Source: Octopus sinensis
Lineage: Eukaryota
DNA: 44,195 nucleotides
Direction of reading: 5' to 3'
Assembly (NCBI RefSeq): GCF_006345805.1
Contig: NW_021834703.1
Span: 1 to 44,195, forward strand
The notes below the pieces were generated by a model. The model was not told the DNA's origin and made no database searches. It saw nothing but the letters and a program-made list of their open reading frames with translations. A program made the position numbers and the translations under genes. This document shows positions 37,172-44,195 of this stretch, one piece after another; within the stretch, counting starts at the first letter, position 1, and each line of letters begins with the position of its first letter.

Positions 37172-37460
37172 TTTCTTCTCCTTCTTCTTCTTCTCCTCCT
37201 CCTCTTCTTCTTCTTCTCCTCCTCCTCCTTCTTCTTCTCCTCCTCCTTCTTCTTCTTCTTCTTCTTCTTCTTCTCTCCTCCTTCTTCTTCTTCTTCTTCT
37301 TCTCTTCTTTCTCCTCCTTCTTCTTCTTCTTCTTCTCCTCCTCCTTCTTCTTCTCCTCCTCCTCCTCCTCCTCCTTCTTCTTCTTCTCCTCCTCCTTCTT
37401 CTTCTCCTCCTCCTCCTCCTCCTCCTCCTTCCTTCTTCTTCTTCTTCTTCTTCGTCTTCT
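37172..37460. repeat. (CTT/CCT)n polypyrimidine tract
   Basis: Direct observation. Confidence 0.95.
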
Positions 37461-37699
37461 CTTTCGCTCATCCTTTTCCTTTACCTCTTGTTGCTCCTCT
37501 TCCATCTAGTCCACGCCACTCTCTTCTTTTCCATCCCTATTTTTCCTCCTTCCTTTTTCTTTTCTCTTTCCATATATTCCTCCTTCCACATCTCCCCTTC
37601 ATTTTTTATTCTTTCCTGTTATTTTCTTCCATCTTTTATTTCGTGACTCCAATATCCGTCGTCATCATGGTGCGGTCTTGTGATGAAATTATCATTCTT

Positions 37700-37960
37700 T
37701 CTATCCATCCATAAATTCCACCCACTATTCCTAGAAATCTTGGTGGATAGAATCCCCAGGTACCTCCAGCATAGGACCGTACAACAAGCAACAATAATTT
37801 CCTCTTACGACTGGATTCCTAAGCATAACCAACTGAAACCACGGATATTATCCAACCGTCTCGTTCTTGGGCTTCCTCTAAGTTTCCACGTGCTTCGCTC
37901 GGCTAGAAAAATCTCCCTTGCGATTTTTTCCCGCGACATTTTAAGTACATGTCCGTAAGG
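37700..37960 (-). mobile_element. RTE-clade (Expander-like) LINE 3' remnant
   Basis: Minus translation YGHVLKMSREKIAREIFLAERSTWKLRGSPRTRRLDNIRGFSWLCLGIQS*EEI..WRYLGILS matches the recalled RTE C-terminus (GHV.RM...RGRPRTRW.D.I..LAW..LGI); ATGG-type tail. Confidence 0.7.
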
Positions 37961-38419
37961 GAGTCATCATAAATTATTCTGGTGGACATGTGGTGCCTCT
38001 AAGGGCGTACACTAGTTTCACAAAGGCTGAAGTCAGAGAGGCGAATAAAGCGCTCAAATTTGGAAAGGATGTGATTTGGCTCAAAATGTAAAAAAATCTA
38101 AAATAGGGACTGTATTATCTAGCTGCCCTGTGCATGCTATTAAGGTTGGACCTCAATATTTTTTTTTTAATTGATGAAACATAGAAAAGGGAGCTACGAC
38201 CAAGTCAAAATAGGTCGACAATATTTTCTTCTTGGCTTTTTCGTAGTTGATGGAGGACATTTTTTTATTGTATATAACTAATCGTTCGTTTAAAAAAAAA
38301 AAAGAAGGAAAACAAGAAGCGTAGACATCACGCCTCTTCGGCTGAGAACGTATACGAATCTAGTTCTAGAACTGCACTGAACCCCAGTATACACCTATAG
38401 AATGTTGGGAAGAACATCA

Positions 38420-38446
38420 GCAATAATAATGATAATAATAATAATA

Positions 38447-38492
<46 letters not shown>

Positions 38493-38960
38493 GTTTAGAG
38501 AAAAAGAAAAAGAAGAAGGAGGAGGAGAAGGAGGAGGAGGAGGAGGAGAAGAAGAAGAAGAAGAAGAAGAAGAAGAAGGTGGAGGAGGAACAGAAGAAGA
38601 AGAAGAAGGAAAAGAAGAAGAAGGTAAAGAAGAAGAAGAAGGAGGAGGAAAAGAAGAAGAAGAAGAAGGAAAAGAAGAAGAAGGTAAAGAAGAAGAAGAA
38701 GAAGAAGAAGGAGGAGGAGGAGGAGGAGAAGAAGAAGAAGAAGAAGAATTAGAAGAAGAAGAAGAAGAAGAAGAAGAAGAAGAAGAAGGAAAAGAAGAAG
38801 AAGTAGAGAAAGAAGTAGAAGGAAAAGAAGAAGAAGAAGAAGAATTGGACAAGAGAAGAAGAAGAAAGAAGAACGCTAAAGAAGAGGAAGGAGAGGAAGA
38901 AACAAAAAAAAAGAAAAGGGGAAAATAGAAGGAAGAAAAGGAACGGGAAAGAGCAAGAAG
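38420..38960. repeat. (AAT)n followed by a (GAA/GGA)n polypurine tract with an internal ~54-bp higher-order duplication
   Basis: GGAAAAGAAGAAGAAGGTAAAG occurs twice (about 38607 and 38667). Confidence 0.9.
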
Positions 38961-39558
38961 AGAAGGAAAAAACGACGTGTAGAAGAGCACAGAATACAAA
39001 CATGAATTAAAATAACAACGAGAAATTGTAATAACAACAATACAATCGGCAATATTTTTTTTGTATTGAAAATAAAACTAATATTGACATAACACATTTG
39101 TTTTCAATTTTATTTACGTATTTATCTTCTTTTTCTTTTTTTTACTTTGACTTAGCTGTCGTCTATTCAATGTTTGTTGCACTCAACAACTAAACAAAGA
39201 AGCGGTGGCTGTTTTTATTTATTTTTTTTATTTCCAACTATCCTTAAACAGTTTGTATAATGTGTCTCATATCATAAATAATGACAAAAATATATATATA
39301 TATGTAAGAAAAACGACGATGACGATGACAGTGTCGCTAATCGTAAACAAGAGCAACAACAAGAATATTATTGATGGCAATGAGGTCAACTGGAACAACC
39401 ACAAACCACATTAGACTCGTACAATCAATGCAGAATTGGTACTAATTCGTCCTCAGTGCACAAAACACCTACATATGTATGTGTGTGTGAGTTTGCGTTT
39501 ATACATATATACAAGTAAACTACACACGTAATACATTCATTGCATATGCATCCATATC

Positions 39559-39638
<80 letters not shown>

Positions 39639-39639
39639 C

Positions 39640-39675
<36 letters not shown>

Positions 39676-39754
39676 TTATCTATCTATCTGTCTCTATCTA
39701 TATGTATGTATATATACATACTACTATATATATATATATATATAATAGATATAT

Positions 39755-39796
<42 letters not shown>

Positions 39797-39827
39797 TATA
39801 AATTGATAGATAGATAGATAGATAGAG

Positions 39828-39872
<45 letters not shown>

Positions 39873-39960
39873 TAGGGTGAAATATATTTAATTTAATAAA
39901 ATCAACAAATTTCACCTATTACCATGTCGTATGGAAAAGGAACATATTCGGTAAAAATTT

Positions 39961-40080
39961 ATAATTATATAATAAGGGTTTTTTGCAACAAGTTGCTTAA
40001 ACCACATTACCGAAATATTAATATTTTCGGTATGTGGTTTAAACACTTGTTGCAAAAAACCCTTATTATTATAATTATAT
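39961..40080. repeat. 120-bp near-perfect palindrome (fold-back/MITE-like)
   Basis: The 25-bp ATAATAAGGGTTTTTTGCAACAAGT is perfectly inverted; arms continue through AAACCACA and TACCGAA to a central ATATTAATAT. Confidence 0.9.
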
Positions 40081-40274
40081 ATATATAATATTATATATAT
40101 ATATAATATTATATATATATATAGTGTTTGTATACCCTTAACTTAACGTGACAGTCCCGTATGGTAATTACACGCCGCTGTTAAGCATCGAACGCTTCCT
40201 GTCGGCTTTGACACATTTTTCCCTGTGTCCTTATGTTTGTGAAGGGGAGGTAAGCACCCCCTCCAAGCCAAGAT

Positions 40275-40333
40275 TCACACCTGAGGACATGCATGTTTCT
40301 GGGTCTTAACCCGTCATCAGCCCAGGATAGTGA
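40275..40333 (-). ncRNA. Type I hammerhead ribozyme
   Basis: Minus: UCAC-UAU-CCUGGG-CUGAUGA-C-GGGU(UAAG)ACCC-A-GAA-ACAUGCAUGU-C/CUCAGG-U-GUGA. Intact CUGAUGA and GAAA boxes, GUC triplet (cut between 40286 and 40285), 6-bp stem I plus a distal 4-bp stem, and a 10-nt palindromic stem III; C.A mismatch at 10.1/11.1. Confidence 0.88.
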
Positions 40334-40578
40334 GGTCTGCTGATTGAGGAGCCTGTCCAGCCTTCACAAACATATATATTTACAGTGAAATCTATTCACT
40401 GATCACCGTAATCAGAAATATTAAATTTCTAAATGTCTCAAAGAGACATGAGCAATGGTGGAGCGATAGAGTGGTTGTATACTGTCAACTTAACGTTATA
40501 TATATATGTATATATATATGAAGCTACATATACATATCTATTATCTTTTAATTCTTTAAGTAGTTAGACTGCCACCAT

Positions 40579-40978
40579 ATTCTTTTCTACTCTAGATACA
40601 AGGCCCGCAATTCTTTTTTGTGAGGTGCGTAGAGGGCCAGTCGATTAAATTGACTCAATACGCAACTGGTCCTTAATATATCGACCCCGAAAGGACGAAA
40701 GGCAAAGTCTACTTCGGCGAAATTTGAACTCGGAACGTTAAGACTGATGAAATACCTATTTCTTTACTAACCGCAAGGGGCAAACACAGAGGGGACAAAC
40801 AAGGACAAACAAACGGATTAAGTCGATTACATCGCCTCCAGTGCGTAACTAGTACTTATTTAATCGACCCCAAAGGATGAAAGGCAAATTCGACCTCGGA
40901 ATTTGAACTCACAACGTAGCCTCAGACGAAATACCGCTAAGCATTTCGCCCGGCGTGCTAACGATTTTGCCAGCTCAC
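40579..40978 (-). mobile_element. SINE B dimer with the recurrent junction
   Basis: Forward GAAATACCTATTTCTTTA (~40749-40766) is the reverse complement of the junction; two central domains. Confidence 0.88.
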
Positions 40979-41035
40979 TGTCTATAGACTGCAGCCAAAT
41001 TTGGAGCACTACCTAGAGGGGGTTTTGTAGTTGAA

Positions 41036-41087
<52 letters not shown>

Positions 41088-41106
41088 GGGAAGAAGAGAG
41101 AAGATC

Positions 41107-41175
<69 letters not shown>

Positions 41176-41197
41176 GTGAATGCGCGCACTTCTTTGC

Positions 41198-41895
41198 TGT
41201 TACGTCTCACGGATGAATCTTTTTTTTCGACCGAATAGTGACTGGTGATGAGAAATGGACTCTCTATATATAATGTCTAGTGCCGAAGACAGTGGGTGTG
41301 GAAAGGAGAAACACCGGTACCCCTGGCTCAAAAAGTTCTTCACCCACGTAAGGTGTTCTTATCTCTTTGGTGGGATAGGAAAGGTTTGGTCCACTTTGAA
41401 CTTCTTAAGCCAAACCAAACGATAACAAAGGATATCTACTGCGAGAAGTTTCAGCGGCTTAAGTCAGCGCTAGAAGAAAAACGACCATCTTTGGTTTCAA
41501 GACGAAAGGTGTTTTTTCGTCAGGAGAATACCCGGCCACATACAGCAAGGATGACACTCCAAAGGCTAGAGCAGTTTGAATGAGAAACAATGCCCCACTC
41601 ACCATATTCGCCGGACATTACCCTATCTGATTATCATTTATTCCGTAGTCTTTAAAATCATTTGGACGGAAGAATTCTGAATTCTGTAGACGAGGTCAGA
41701 ACATTACTGCAGGAGTAATTTCCGTCACGGACAAATGAATATATGGAAGGGCCTTGCAAGTCTACCCGATGGATGGAAGACCATTGTAGAAAATGAAGGA
41801 GAATATACATTAGATTAAAAAAGAAGAGTGTTTATCTTAATTTTGAACAATAAAAGAAGTATAAAAAACTGCATTATTTATGGTTTAACCCAATA
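41198..41895 (+). pseudogene. 5'-truncated mariner (D,D34D-type) transposon with right TIR
   Basis: DRIVTGDEKW (D at 41247-41249), WWDRKGLVHFELL, QENTRPH (second D appears as E), HSPYSPDITLSDYHLF; in-frame stops. Ends ...ATTTATGGTTTAACCCAATA at 41895. Confidence 0.92.
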
Positions 41896-43092
41896 TTTTA
41901 TTAACATCAATTAAATTCATTATGTCACCCTCTAAGCAATTTCTAATTTGTGTCAAAGTTAGAAGCCATATTGAAAGCAAAGGTAGGAGCTAGAAGAAAG
42001 ACTAAAATAACAGACTTAATGAATTGTGATACCGGTTTACGTCTGTTTATGTGGCGAGTTTTCAATTATGCAGAGATTGGTATTTTCTTCCATGTAATCT
42101 ATTGTCATTGAAATAAGTATATGTTAAAATATAGAGAATTTTATCAATTAAAACGACGCAGTCTCTCTCCGAAAATGCGTACTACTGCACCTATGCTAAA
42201 AATATTTATTACTTTTGATGTCTTTGTCTATGCTGTTATATATTTATTCTGGGTCAAGGTTCGCACCAAAGAGGTTTGGTAGGCAAATTTGCTTACGATT
42301 TAATGAAACAACTCTCAGTGAAAAACATGACCTGAGTCCTAAAGTCATTAATGGAGAGTATTGAGGGGTGTTCCACTTGGATCTGGTCGAGGACGAACAA
42401 AAACGACCTCTATATTGTTTGAAAGCAGTATTTTTGTATTCTAACGCTAAGGGAAGCAACTTTGAGCGATTCCTTTTAGTAGTGTTGACGTTTCACCACT
42501 ACCCTTGCAACTAATGATATTTCTTTAAGTATAAATTTGAAAGCTCAATCAACAGGGAGGAATTTTGACAAGATGAAGTCACCAAAGTGTTTAAATGCAT
42601 AAGTCCCTGATATCCAAGTTGTTAAAAGGTGTCAGTAGAAGGGCAAACAGGCGTCATGACATGGAGGTGTCGTAGCCCCTTTAAAGCGTAAACAGTTAAG
42701 CGCCAGAGTATTTACCAAAAGGGCATTATTTCTCGAGAGCCCTTCTGCTGTTCAACTCTTTTGGGAGATACTTAATGCTAGTTCTTTAACAAATAACAAA
42801 TAAACAGAGCGATTGATGTATTAAGAGCAAAAGGTATAATATTCACCACTTAGAAGTGAATGTTGTTTTTATGCACCAGATAAGCAAATGGGAGTTTTCC
42901 CTCTTGGTAAACATTGCAGTATTTGTGTGTTGTAACGCACAACCTTTTACAATTTAGAGTCTTCGGGCAGCTCTTTCCATAATGATTTGAGGACTTAGAC
43001 CAATGCAAAACAATTACTAAATAAGTACTTTGTTCCCCTGAATTTAACTGCATCTACTCTTCGAAATCATCTCTACACCGACAATTTGTGAC

Positions 43093-43494
43093 CTCTTTTA
43101 CTCTTTTATTTGTTTCAGTCATTTGACTGCGGCCATGCTGGAGCACCGCCTTTAATCAAGCAACTCGACCCCGGGACTTATTCTTTTGTAAGCCCAGTAC
43201 TTATTTTATCGGTCTCTTTTGCCGAACCGCTAAGTAACTGGGGCATAAACACACTAGCATCAGTTGTCAAGCAATGCTAGGGGGACAAACACAGACACAC
43301 AAACACACGCATATATATACATACATGTATACGACGGGCTTCTTTCAGTTTCCGTCTACCAAATCCACTCACAAGGCTTTGGTCGGCCCGAGGCCATAGT
43401 AGAAACACTTGCCCAAGGTGCCACGCAGTGGGACTGAACCCGGAGCCATGTGGTTGGTAAACAAGCTGCTTACCACACAGCCACTCATGCGCCT
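43093..43494 (-). mobile_element. SINE family A, full length
   Basis: Close reverse-complement match to 2140-2550. Confidence 0.92.
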
Positions 43495-44195
43495 ATTAAA
43501 GTTAAAAGATATTAAAATTTTACCATAAAATCTGAACTACTTGATGCAAATCAGTGCAATCCAAATATTTCTTTAAATATCAATTAAAATTTGTTTTCAC
43601 TTATTACGCATTTTTGTGATGATTGAACATATTGTTCTTCGTCCTTTCAAAGTTCTTTCAGGCCACCTTCATACGTTTTCTCACAGGCTTTTTAGCCTCT
43701 TTGTTCTCTCTATAATTTTTATATTATTTATTCCTTCACGTCCAGCTCTCTTTCCTCTCTTTCTTCTCAACATTTCACTCTTGTATTTATGGAATACACA
43801 CACACACAAACACAAACACAAACGCACATACACACACGTACACCCACATACATATATACATGCATGTGTGCATACATAACGAAAAAAAACTATAAAGTAT
43901 AAATATAGATTTAAATGACCATTTATAATTTCTCTCTCCCACATTCTCTCTCACGCTCTCTTTTACACTCGTAAACAATAAATCTACATCGAGCTCTGCT
44001 CAGTAATTTTTGGTGTATTCCCATCACCTCTGTATTACTATACTTCAAAAAGTTGAGCTCTACTTGGCTGCGATGCGGAGATATATGATCTATCTCCACA
44101 AATCGAAGAATAACCAGATTTTTTTGATGACTGTTTATTACCTTGTCATCTTAAAAGTAGAGTACAATCGATTTTCGTAGGTTTCTTGCCCGAAC

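Overview
AT-rich eukaryotic genomic DNA, dominated by microsatellites and decayed transposons. It most likely comes from an octopus or other coleoid cephalopod: this is inferred from the tRNA-derived SINE families and the (TA)n/(TATC)n/(TAA)n load, not from a database search. No complete protein-coding gene is recognisable, and most supplied ORFs are microsatellite translations. Supported content: three abundant tRNA-headed SINE families (some with target-site duplications); a ~560-bp non-coding retroposon tied to (TAA)n tracts; remnants of an R4/Dong-type RLE LINE, an RTE/Expander LINE, a mariner and a Chapaev3-type (CMC) transposon; a small non-autonomous Helitron; and Penelope-like remnants. 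The most striking signals are RNA-structural. A near-canonical type I hammerhead ribozyme lies on the minus strand (40275-40333) inside a ~255-bp retrozyme-like unit closed by a perfect 14-bp inverted repeat, next to a 120-bp palindrome. A second, minimal Penelope-type hammerhead lies at 7681-7718 (minus). Several isolated candidate exons, including an Ig-like one with a perfect donor at 31876-32061, and promoter-like motif clusters are reported at low to moderate confidence.
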